In this document: positions 8,359 to 17,161 of the stretch, one piece after another | How the letters are laid out: every line of letters starts with the position of its first letter | Numbering within the stretch: position 1 is the stretch's first letter | Assembly: GCA_022736275.1 (NCBI GenBank) | Contig: DZBJ01000013.1 | Location: forward strand, 220-64,219 | Direction: 5' to 3' | Source of the DNA: Rikenella microfusus | GTDB taxonomy: Bacteria > Bacteroidota > Bacteroidia > Bacteroidales > VadinHA17 | Length of the DNA: 64,000 nucleotides | Position numbers and translations under genes: made by a program | The notes under the pieces: generated by a model | What the model was told of the DNA's origin: nothing | Databases searched by the model: none | The model's input: only the letters and a program-made list of their open reading frames with translations

Positions 8359-10113
8359 TCAGTACTGCACTTTGACCGGTAATTCCTCAATGCTGAGGAC
8401 CCTGAACATTACCGGATCTTTCAGCAACTCGGTCACATCCGCCGGACGACCGTCAAGCAGCACCTGCCTGTTCATAAACCTGATACCGTGACTGTAATCG
8501 ACGTACCACCAGACATGCCCGCTGTAGACCGGCTGGATAGGATTGCCGTCAGGCTTGTGCCAGCCGTAGATCACCACCCGGTCGGATCGTTCGGCTAAGC
8601 GTGACGAGATAATGACATCCTTCTTTATCCCTGCCACAAGCTGCCCGGGCCTCCCTCCTGCTTCAGCCAGCTGCTTCTCAATCTGTGCGTTGTGCTCCTC
8701 AAACTTCGTTGCAAGCTCATTCGCATTTCCCACAGGCTTGTAGAAGAAAGGCTCAAGCCTCACATCTGCCTGTGACCATATGTGATCACTCAGCCTGGCT
8801 GTCAGCATTGAAGCGCCAAACAGGTCTGCCAGTCTCTGCGCCGTGCGTGGATTCATCGGGATGCGGCAGAAGTCATCATCGCTTCCGATGGCAAGGTAAT
8901 CAGGCATAACCTCGTATTCGAGGGTATGCGGAGTCCCGTTCAGATCATTGAACTCTCCCCTGAGGGTGACCGTCTGCCTCAGAAAGCCTGGGATATTTCC
9001 GGCTGCAGCAGCCTTGTATATCTCCTCCTCACGCTCCTCGCGGGACAGGTCCCTGATGCGCTTCATAAAAGCTGCTCCGCCTTCAGCCGACGGATCACGC
9101 ACCGGTATGTTTAGCCTCCGGATCGGCATAACCTCGGTGTCAGCTATCATGTCAGAATATGCACGGCTGCCAAAGTAACTGTATCCCTTCTGCTCATGCC
9201 TTGTGCCGCTCAAAATACTGTGAATGAATCCGTTATATTCAACCTGACGGGTGTGGTATATCTTTCCTTCCGGGTTGGGTTTGAAGATAAACTCAATCCT
9301 CCTGTCGCGCGACGAGACCCACAACAGGGAATCGCGCTGCCGCTCCTTAAGCCTGAACGAGCCACCAAAGTAATCCTTCATCACTTTGCTTCTGTACCAA
9401 GTCCCACCCGTCGGTGAGACCAGCGGCTTGCCGTTGTAAACCACAACACTGTCATTGTATGCCAGGGTGCAGAGGTATTTATCACGACCCGATTTCAGCC
9501 AGCTGACAATCTTCGGTCCGTATAGGGTGTCATCATACCCGTAGTTGCTGTCGAGGTAGGCTATGCGCTTCACCTCGGACGGAATCTGTTCATGAGCGTC
9601 TATATAGCTGAATATGAAGCGCCCACCGCCGCTGTGGCCATTAAGAACAAGCTCCGGTTGCCATGGTTCAAAAAGTGAGGTGATGCTGTTCACCATCCCT
9701 TTGACCATGTCACGGTAATCGGGCGTTGCGGCGTTCCATGCCGGCCAGCTTCTTCGGTCGTTCTCAAGGTATGCAACAACCACGGTACGGTCACTGATCA
9801 CCTCCCTCAGAAACCTGGTCTGCGCCCCGACATGCTGTATATCGTAGTGCCAGTCGTCGCCCTCACGGAGCCTCTTCCCGGTTGTCTGCTCAATGGTGTT
9901 GCCGTTCGGCAGGGCATAGAGAATCAGCAGCACACGGTCACCGTCGCCGAAGCCGGCAAGGGGAGCATTGATCAGGAAACGTGTCCCGGGAGGGGAATCT
10001 TCTATCACGAGCTGTTGCTCGTTGAATAATCCGGATGGTTTGAATCCGGGGAGCTGCTGGGCGCACAGAAGGCCGGTAACGAAAATCAGAGAAATGAATA
10101 TCAGATGCCGCAT
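8359..10113 (-). CDS. Secreted two-domain protein of unknown function (N-terminal half with serine-hydrolase-like GHSGGG motif)
   Basis: 584-aa ORF with signal peptide MRHLIFISLIFVTGLLCAQ and an LNGHSGGGRF motif. The C-terminal half (YGWHKPDGNPIQPVYSGHVWWYVDYSHGIRF) is not assignable by eye. Confidence 0.6.
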   Translation of the reverse strand: MRHLIFISLIFVTGLLCAQQLPGFKPSGLFNEQQLVIEDSPPGTRFLINAPLAGFGDGDRVLLILYALPNGNTIEQTTGKRLREGDDWHYDIQHVGAQTRFLREVISDRTVVVAYLENDRRSWPAWNAATPDYRDMVKGMVNSITSLFEPWQPELVLNGHSGGGRFIFSYIDAHEQIPSEVKRIAYLDSNYGYDDTLYGPKIVSWLKSGRDKYLCTLAYNDSVVVYNGKPLVSPTGGTWYRSKVMKDYFGGSFRLKERQRDSLLWVSSRDRRIEFIFKPNPEGKIYHTRQVEYNGFIHSILSGTRHEQKGYSYFGSRAYSDMIADTEVMPIRRLNIPVRDPSAEGGAAFMKRIRDLSREEREEEIYKAAAAGNIPGFLRQTVTLRGEFNDLNGTPHTLEYEVMPDYLAIGSDDDFCRIPMNPRTAQRLADLFGASMLTARLSDHIWSQADVRLEPFFYKPVGNANELATKFEEHNAQIEKQLAEAGGRPGQLVAGIKKDVIISSRLAERSDRVVIYGWHKPDGNPIQPVYSGHVWWYVDYSHGIRFMNRQVLLDGRPADVTELLKDPVMFRVLSIEELPVKVQY

Positions 10114-10129
10114 CTTGAATTACAATAGT

Positions 10130-10241
10130 TGATGGTTTACGACCAAAGATATGTTTTGGTGCCCGTATCTACAATACTTAATGGTCTACTACCAAGATTA
10201 CCAACTACCATCCATATCTACAACACCTGATGGTTTACGAC
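10130..10241. repeat. Intergenic direct repeat tgatggtttacgac (10130-10143 and 10228-10241) enclosing two inverted copies of the GT(A/G)TTGTAGATA word
   Basis: The 14-nt repeat is exact, with a 98-nt period. tatctacaatactta (10166-10180) and atatctacaacacc (10214-10227) are reverse complements of a word also seen at 38236-38248, 38288-38297, 39263-39275 and 39313-39323. Confidence 0.7.
10144..10151 (-). promoter_or_regulatory. Bacteroidota -7 promoter box (TATCTTTG on the minus strand)
   Basis: caaagata on the + strand is an exact TAnnTTTG match 31 nt upstream of the 10113 start. Confidence 0.45.
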
Positions 10242-10402
10242 AAAAAGTAACCATCAAAAAGCGCTTTTCTGCAAAGATATTACGGTCTGGTCACAACAGA
10301 AATCATTAATATTACCTGTAAACAATTAGCCCCTCTTTCCATTAGATATCTTCCTAATTTTCTTAACTTGGCAGCTACACTTGAATAACCTGATCCTGAA
10401 AA

Positions 10403-13400
10403 ATGAGTGAAGAGATCCTGCGGGCCATGATGGAGCTATTCGCCCTGATAGTCAAGCAGGACGGAGGCATGCTGCCGGGCGAGCGGGATTTTGTCTCGGC
10501 CTTTCTGACCAAGCAGCTTTCACATCAGAGTGCTGATGAATTCATGAGCCTTTTCCTGGAAAATGCAGGTCCGCTTCAGCCGGAAAAATCTAAAAGAGAA
10601 AATTCTGATTCAGCATCGGTAAAGGATTCGATAAGGATATTCAATAACTGTAAAAAGATCAACAAGACCCTTACACAGGAACAAAGGGTCATCGTTCTCA
10701 TGCGTTGCTTCGAGCTGATCGACTCCGACAAGCAGTATACCCCTCAGCGCATGAATATTATCAACACTATCGCCGAGGTATTCAAAATTTCACAGGAGGA
10801 GTTCAGCAGCATCATGCTCTTTGTCAGGGAGGAGCAGATGGAGAATTTTACAGACGCCTCAATGATTGTTATCAATACCGGCAACCCCTCCGGATCTGAT
10901 CAGACAGCGGGTCACTTTATAGTCTTTCTGAAAGTCGCAAGCGTTAACCTATACTTCATAAGGTGCTTCAGCACAGTCCCGACGTTTCTCAACGGACTGC
11001 CCATGATATGGCGCAAGGTATACACCCTGGCCCCGGGAAGCGCCGTGCAGTCGCCCCCTGCTCCGACAATCTATTACAGCGACATCATTTCGCGGTTTGC
11101 ATCCGGCCAGGATATACACCGTATCTCATTTGTTGCCGAAAACCTCAGTTACAGTTTCAGTGATGGCGCACCGGCCATTACCGGCGTGAGCTTCTCTGCC
11201 AGCGAGGGCAAACTGATAGGCATCATGGGAGCCAGCGGATCGGGCAAGACAACCCTTCTCAACCTGCTAACAGGACTTGCACGACCCGGCTCCGGCGATG
11301 TCAGGATCAACGGCATTTCCCTCTTCAGGGAAGACAACAGGCTTGACGGGGTCATCGGATACGTGCCGCAGGATGATCTTCTCGTCGAGGAGCTGACGGT
11401 GTTTGAGAATCTCTGGTACGCCTCATCATTATGCTTTGCGGGTAAGACAAGGGAGGAACTCACCGAAATGGTGAACCAGGCGCTGCACACTCTGGGGCTA
11501 TACGAAAAAAGAGACTACCGTGTTGGATCACCCCTGAACAAGGTGATCAGCGGCGGACAGAGAAAAAGGCTTAACATTGCCCTTGAACTCATCAGGGAAC
11601 CTTCCGTTCTCTTTCTTGACGAACCGACCTCCGGCCTCTCTTCAGGAGATTCGGAGAATGTGATGGACCTGCTCCACGAACTGACTCTGAGAGGCAAACT
11701 GGTCCTCACAGTGATCCATCAGCCTTCGTCAGAGATATTCAAGAGCTTTGACAGGGTATTGCTTCTCGACCTGCAGGGCCACCTGGTCTTCTATGGCAAT
11801 CCCATAGAATCGATCGTTCATTTCAAGACCCTGGAGGCACAGATAAACAGCGATATAGCAGAGTGTCCGTCCTGCGGTACCGTTAATCCCGAGACGCTTT
11901 TCAATATCCTTGAAACCAGGGTGGTGGATGAGTACGGAAGATACACTGAAACAAGAAAAGTCTCACCGGTCGAATGGGCTGAGGCCTTCCGGCGGACTGC
12001 AAACGCCGAGGGAGTGCCGGAGGAGAGCTCCCCGCCATATTCAAGCCTCCGGCGGCCCGGATGGCTCCGGCAGACGCTTATCTTCCTGTCACGCGACCTG
12101 AAAAGCAAACTGGCAAACAGGCAATACCTGCTCCTGACTCTCCTCGAAGGACCGGTACTTGGCCTTATCCTCTCATATATAATCAGATACATTGCCAACC
12201 CCTCATCCAACGTCTATATATTCAGGGAGAACGAAAACATCCCGATATATATATTCATGAGCATTATTGTTGCACTTTTCCTCGGGCTGACCATCAGCGC
12301 CGAGGAGATCTTCAGAGACAGGAAGATGCTCAGGAGGGAACATTTCCTTCACCTGAACCGCAGCAGCTACCTTCTCAGCAAGATGTCAGTGCTTGCGGTG
12401 ATATCCGCACTGCAGGCACTGCTGTTTCTCATGGCAGCCAACCCGGTTCTGGGCATCAGGGGGCTCTTCACTGAATACTGGATTGCGCTCTTCGCCACTG
12501 CCTTCTGCGCCAATATGATAGGCCTGAACATCTCATCAGCGCTGAACTCAGCCGTCACAATCTATATCGTGATCCCCCTGCTGATGATACCTATGATGGT
12601 GCTCAGCGGAGCCATGTTCCCGTTTGACAAACTGAACAGGAGAATTGCCAATCCTGACCAGGTGCCGGTTATCGCTGAGATCATGCCCACACGCTGGACC
12701 TATGAGGCACTGATGGTCAAACAGTTCACGGGAAATGAGTACGGAAAAAGGGTCTACCCTCTTAAACGGCAGATGAGCGTGTCCGACTTCAACACCATCT
12801 ACCGTATACCAAGGGTTTTTGATGCCCTGGAGAAGGTGATGGGCAAGCTGCATACGGAAGGAGCAACAGAAACTCCGGAGAGTGAATTTAAACTGCTTGC
12901 AAACGAGACAGCAACGCTGGCTGCAACAGGCTTAACCAAACCTTTTGGCGGAGTAGATTCAATAACCCCGGAACTCTTTACGGAGAGCCTGGGAGAACGG
13001 CTTGCCATGTGGCTCAGCAATGCAGACAGCGAGTTCCGGAGACTCAGCAACCTTGCTGACATGAGTCTTGACAATTACATAAGCAACAATAAGGCAGCAC
13101 TTGACGTTATGTATAATGATTATCATAATGATAAGCTTGAAGACATCATGAGGAAGGTGTACGAGAAGAACAAAATGCTGGAATACAGGGACAGACTCGT
13201 GCAGAACGTGGATCTGATATATCTTGAGCCCGCCGCCGCCGGCCCGCTAAGCTTCCGCACACATTTCATGGCACCGGTTAAAAGATTTATGGGGCTCACC
13301 GTTGATACTTTCAGATTCAATATTTTCCTGGTGTTTGCTTCAATCATCGTGCTGTACATAATGCTTTATACTGAAGCTCTCAGGCGCATAATCTCATATT

Positions 13401-13435
13401 TTGAGAGCGTCAGGTTTCAAAAAAAGATTGCATAA
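10403..13435 (+). CDS. ABCG-type (NBD-then-TMD) ABC transporter with N-terminal TerB-like/FHA-like extension and long C-terminal extension
   Basis: Walker A GASGSGKTT (11228-11254), signature ISGGQRKRL (about 11546-11572) and Walker B LFLDEPTSGL (about 11609-11638). An ABC-2-type multi-TM region follows. 1010 aa. Confidence 0.85.
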   Translation: MSEEILRAMMELFALIVKQDGGMLPGERDFVSAFLTKQLSHQSADEFMSLFLENAGPLQPEKSKRENSDSASVKDSIRIFNNCKKINKTLTQEQRVIVLMRCFELIDSDKQYTPQRMNIINTIAEVFKISQEEFSSIMLFVREEQMENFTDASMIVINTGNPSGSDQTAGHFIVFLKVASVNLYFIRCFSTVPTFLNGLPMIWRKVYTLAPGSAVQSPPAPTIYYSDIISRFASGQDIHRISFVAENLSYSFSDGAPAITGVSFSASEGKLIGIMGASGSGKTTLLNLLTGLARPGSGDVRINGISLFREDNRLDGVIGYVPQDDLLVEELTVFENLWYASSLCFAGKTREELTEMVNQALHTLGLYEKRDYRVGSPLNKVISGGQRKRLNIALELIREPSVLFLDEPTSGLSSGDSENVMDLLHELTLRGKLVLTVIHQPSSEIFKSFDRVLLLDLQGHLVFYGNPIESIVHFKTLEAQINSDIAECPSCGTVNPETLFNILETRVVDEYGRYTETRKVSPVEWAEAFRRTANAEGVPEESSPPYSSLRRPGWLRQTLIFLSRDLKSKLANRQYLLLTLLEGPVLGLILSYIIRYIANPSSNVYIFRENENIPIYIFMSIIVALFLGLTISAEEIFRDRKMLRREHFLHLNRSSYLLSKMSVLAVISALQALLFLMAANPVLGIRGLFTEYWIALFATAFCANMIGLNISSALNSAVTIYIVIPLLMIPMMVLSGAMFPFDKLNRRIANPDQVPVIAEIMPTRWTYEALMVKQFTGNEYGKRVYPLKRQMSVSDFNTIYRIPRVFDALEKVMGKLHTEGATETPESEFKLLANETATLAATGLTKPFGGVDSITPELFTESLGERLAMWLSNADSEFRRLSNLADMSLDNYISNNKAALDVMYNDYHNDKLEDIMRKVYEKNKMLEYRDRLVQNVDLIYLEPAAAGPLSFRTHFMAPVKRFMGLTVDTFRFNIFLVFASIIVLYIMLYTEALRRIISYFESVRFQKKIA

Positions 13436-13443
13436 TTTCAGAA

Positions 13444-14403
13444 ATGACCATTTTTCTTACATTTGTATACAAACACAAACGCCTGATGACAGGAACAATC
13501 TCAAAGCTTGTCGCAGTGATCCTGCTGGTATCGGTCTGTGCCTGCAGTAACAGCAGTACAAGGCAGGGCGGACTCACTTTCCCCATTGCCGATTCGGTGC
13601 CGGCAGGGGAGGCTGAGAAGCTAAGTGACGAAGCCGTTGCGGACATCGTTCAGAACATTGCATCACCTGTTGAGATAGCGGCCCTGCTGCAGAGCATGGA
13701 GGTCCCCTTCTCTGCAGAGTATCTGGCACCCACACAGGGCGCAGACCGGTTGACCACCAACTTCCAGAAGGCAATCATGCTTGGCATATACGGTGCCGAC
13801 CTCGGGTACCTCAACATGTACGAAAAAACCGGTAATTCAGTTGATGTACTTTCGACCATCAAAAGACTTGCAGACGGCCTCCGCGTAGGGCAGTATTTTG
13901 ATTTCGAGACATTGAAGAGGCTGTCGGTCAGTAAGACCAATCTCGACTCCCTCCTTTTCATGTCAGTCAACTCCTACAACCAGATTGACAGGTATCTCAG
14001 GGATAACAACCGGGGGGCAATCTCAGCACTTATGATCGCCGGTGTCTGGATCGAAGGGCAATACCTGGCTACACAGGTTGCACAGGGCAATCCCGGCAAG
14101 GCCCTCACAGACCGGATTGGCGAGCAAAAGATCATACTGGGTGACCTGCTCATGCTGCTGCGGCCCTACCGTGAGAGCGGCGCTGATTACGCCTCACTGT
14201 ATGAGATGATGGAGGAAATAAGCGATAAATACCGCGACGTACGCATCACGTACAGGCTGGGGGAGCCTGAGACAGTTGAACAGGATGGCCGGCTGGTGAT
14301 GATTCAGCATGAGGAGAGCCTCGTTGAGATGAGCGATGAGCAACTCAGGGAGATTACCTCCGCTTCTAAAGATGTGAGAAACAATCTAATTTTCGGAAAA
14401 TAA
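13444..14403 (+). CDS. Lipoprotein of unknown function (likely true start at 13486, MTGTISKL...)
   Basis: ORF lies 8 nt after the ABC gene. Signal plus Cys (LLVSVCACSNSS). Appears mostly helical, with no recognisable family. Confidence 0.6.
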   Translation: MTIFLTFVYKHKRLMTGTISKLVAVILLVSVCACSNSSTRQGGLTFPIADSVPAGEAEKLSDEAVADIVQNIASPVEIAALLQSMEVPFSAEYLAPTQGADRLTTNFQKAIMLGIYGADLGYLNMYEKTGNSVDVLSTIKRLADGLRVGQYFDFETLKRLSVSKTNLDSLLFMSVNSYNQIDRYLRDNNRGAISALMIAGVWIEGQYLATQVAQGNPGKALTDRIGEQKIILGDLLMLLRPYRESGADYASLYEMMEEISDKYRDVRITYRLGEPETVEQDGRLVMIQHEESLVEMSDEQLREITSASKDVRNNLIFGK

Positions 14404-14404
14404 G

Positions 14405-14845
14405 ATGAACCGCAGGTTTGCCATTATCTCCCTCGCACTGCTTCTTCTGCCCTTTCCGGCAAAGAGTCAGGCTGCCACTGACGATCTTGTCACCAGTTGT
14501 GTCCTTGCTGCCGGCGATAACACAACCTATCTGAAAGATTTCCGGATTCAGTTGCCAAAGGCTGCAGCCAATGCCCCTGCACCTGTGTACAAAGCCAACA
14601 TGTACCTGATGAAGAACATGAAATACAGGTTCTCGGTATGTGATGCACCCGGATCACAGGGAGAACTCACTATCACCATCTATGACCAGGGGAAACAGCT
14701 CATCTCATCATTCAATAAAGGCACCGGCAAGAAATACAGCTCCGTTGACTTCATCTGCAACAAGACCGGCCTTTATACTCTCTGGTATGATTTCACCGGC
14801 GGGGAGCAGGGGTCAGGCGTTGGAGTGGTCTGCATGATCAAATGA
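14405..14845 (+). CDS. Small secreted protein of unknown function
   Basis: Start is 1 nt after the preceding stop. Signal peptide MNRRFAIISLALLLLPFPAKSQA. 146 aa with 4 Cys and a beta-rich pattern. Confidence 0.6.
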   Translation: MNRRFAIISLALLLLPFPAKSQAATDDLVTSCVLAAGDNTTYLKDFRIQLPKAAANAPAPVYKANMYLMKNMKYRFSVCDAPGSQGELTITIYDQGKQLISSFNKGTGKKYSSVDFICNKTGLYTLWYDFTGGEQGSGVGVVCMIK

Positions 14846-14848
14846 TCA

Positions 14849-15832
14849 TCACGGCCACAAACGCGATATAATAAGCATAATCACCATCAGCCAGAAAAAT
14901 ATCTCCGCTATTGTCAGACGGCGGGTGAAGGCAAAATAATTGGCCATAATCAGTGCAACCGGCAGTGCCGTTATGGCATTCATCTCTGCTGAAACTCCTG
15001 GCACGAAGATGTAGGCGGCAGCAGCCAGAGCGATCATCCAGACAAGCAGTTCAAAGGTCTTGCGTGACCGTATCTTGTAAGTTGGCATCTCACGAGCCAG
15101 AGCTATGAACGCCGGCAGAAAATTCAACCCTGTCACTGCCAGCAGAATCACCAGTGTGCGTCCCCAGTGCAGGGATGGCGCCTGGACAAAGAGATTGTGA
15201 CGGATGATCTCTGTCAGATCTTTCAGACTACCACCTGTCACATACCATACTGCATAAAGCACTATCCAGGGCAGCAGGGCTCCGACAACCATCACCGCCA
15301 GTTCGCGGGCATCAGGGCTCCGGAGAATCATGACCCCGATGAACACAAGAATGATAACCCACACCGCTCCGGCGTAGAACATGCCGGCCGAAGAGATGAG
15401 AAGGGCAGCGTCGAAAAAATGGAATGTCATGCCGTTGATACGGTATGCCGAGACCATTCGCCACAACCCGGCCACTATCAGGAGTGCAGCAGGAAGGGCC
15501 GGATTAAGTACCATAGCACCCGGAAAGATTGCGTAAAGAATTACGTACATCAGGGCCGGCAGATAGGTTCTGCGGGGGATGAAGAAGATTGAGGTGTTGA
15601 ACCTCACCATCACAATTGCCACTACCAGCATCAGGGCAAACGAGAGGGTGACAGCCAGGATGGGTGAGCCTGCCAGGGCATCATTTATCAGTCCCCAGAG
15701 CGGCATCGGTTCACTCCCGGCAACATCCGCCAGCCGGGAAGGAGAAATGAAAGACTCAATCCACAGCGCCAGGGCTGACAGCGTCAGCAGAACTATCGGA
15801 CCTATTCCGGATCCCCTGAAGAACCTGATCAT
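14849..15832 (-). CDS. Polytopic inner-membrane protein of unknown function
   Basis: 327 aa with about 9-10 hydrophobic helices. The start overlaps the purD stop in an ATGA arrangement. Confidence 0.65.
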   Translation of the reverse strand: MIRFFRGSGIGPIVLLTLSALALWIESFISPSRLADVAGSEPMPLWGLINDALAGSPILAVTLSFALMLVVAIVMVRFNTSIFFIPRRTYLPALMYVILYAIFPGAMVLNPALPAALLIVAGLWRMVSAYRINGMTFHFFDAALLISSAGMFYAGAVWVIILVFIGVMILRSPDARELAVMVVGALLPWIVLYAVWYVTGGSLKDLTEIIRHNLFVQAPSLHWGRTLVILLAVTGLNFLPAFIALAREMPTYKIRSRKTFELLVWMIALAAAAYIFVPGVSAEMNAITALPVALIMANYFAFTRRLTIAEIFFWLMVIMLIISRLWP

Positions 15833-17112
15833 CTCTCTTTAGTTTTCAGGTCAAATCCGATATCTCTCCTGTAATTCATCCCTTCAAAATTTATCTCAGA
15901 GACACTGCCGTAGCTCTTATCAAGTGCCTCCTGCATAGTTGCTCCGCGTGAGGTGACAGCCAGGACTCTGCCGCCTGATGTCACAAGGCGTCCGTCAGTA
16001 ATCCCGGTTCCTGCATGAAATACTGTACTGGCCGTGACCTTATCAGTTCCGCCTATCGGGAAACCCTTTTCATAACTGTCAGGATAACCTCGCGCAACCA
16101 TCATCACTGTTACGGCCGTATCGGGAGAAATCTCCAGTGAGCATCTGCCCAGGTCGCGGCATGCCGTTCCCTCCAGCAGATCAAAAAGGTCACTCTCAAT
16201 CCGGGGCAGTATCACCTCACTCTCGGGATCTCCCAGCCGGGCATTGTATTCAATCACATACGGGTCGCCATCCACATTCATCAGACCGAAGAAGATGAAG
16301 CCCCGATAGTCTATGCCTTCTGCCCTGAGACCATCCACCGTCGGGATGATGATCCTCTCCTCAACCTTTGACATGAATGACAGGGTAGCGAAGGGCACCG
16401 GCGACACCGCTCCCATTCCGCCTGTATTCTTGCCAGTGTCACCTTCACCGATACGTTTGTAGTCTTTGGCCTCAGGGAGTATCTTATACGAGATGCCGTC
16501 GGTCAGTATGAAGGCTGACATCTCTATCCCCCTGAGATACTGCTCAATCACAACCCTGCTGCCGGCTTTCCCAAAACGGCCGCCGAGCATCGCCCTCAGT
16601 TCCTCCAGAGCTTCATCGAAGTCATTTATGATCAGTACACCCTTCCCCGCGGCCAGTCCGTCGGCCTTAAGCACGTAGGGTGGATGGAGGGTACGCATGA
16701 ACCGGGCTGCCGCATCAATGTTCCCTGAAGAAAAGGTCTCATAGGCAGCGGTGGGTATGCCGTGCCTTTTCATGAAACCCTTGGCAAAATCCTTGCTCCC
16801 CTCAAGCATGGCCCCGTTGCGCCGGGGTCCGATGACAGCAACTGAAGAGAGAGCCGGATCATCCTCTATGAAATCTGCAATGCCCTCTGCAAGAGGGGTT
16901 TCGGGGCCAACCACTACCATGCTGATGTTATAGGTGAGCAGTGCTGACCTGACAGCCTTGAAATCAAGCGGATCAACCGGCAGGTTGACTCCCAGCGAAG
17001 CAGTTCCGGGGTTGCCCGGAGCAATAAACAGATTCAGTTTCCTGCTGCTCTGCGCCAGCTTCCATGTGATGGCATGCTCACGTCCCCCCGATCCCAGTAT
17101 GAGAATATTCAT
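15829..17112 (-). CDS. purD: Phosphoribosylamine--glycine ligase
   Basis: MNILILGSGGREHAITWKL N-terminus. ATP-grasp layout, 427 aa. Confidence 0.95.
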   Translation of the reverse strand: MNILILGSGGREHAITWKLAQSSRKLNLFIAPGNPGTASLGVNLPVDPLDFKAVRSALLTYNISMVVVGPETPLAEGIADFIEDDPALSSVAVIGPRRNGAMLEGSKDFAKGFMKRHGIPTAAYETFSSGNIDAAARFMRTLHPPYVLKADGLAAGKGVLIINDFDEALEELRAMLGGRFGKAGSRVVIEQYLRGIEMSAFILTDGISYKILPEAKDYKRIGEGDTGKNTGGMGAVSPVPFATLSFMSKVEERIIIPTVDGLRAEGIDYRGFIFFGLMNVDGDPYVIEYNARLGDPESEVILPRIESDLFDLLEGTACRDLGRCSLEISPDTAVTVMMVARGYPDSYEKGFPIGGTDKVTASTVFHAGTGITDGRLVTSGGRVLAVTSRGATMQEALDKSYGSVSEINFEGMNYRRDIGFDLKTKER

Positions 17113-17134
17113 TGCATTCGTTTCTTTCCCTTTT

Positions 17135-17142
17135 CAAAAATA
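17135..17142 (-). promoter_or_regulatory. Bacteroidota -7 promoter box (TATTTTTG on the minus strand)
   Basis: caaaaata on the + strand lies 23 nt upstream of the purD start. Confidence 0.45.
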
Positions 17143-17161
17143 GCATTTAGGATGTAATAAC

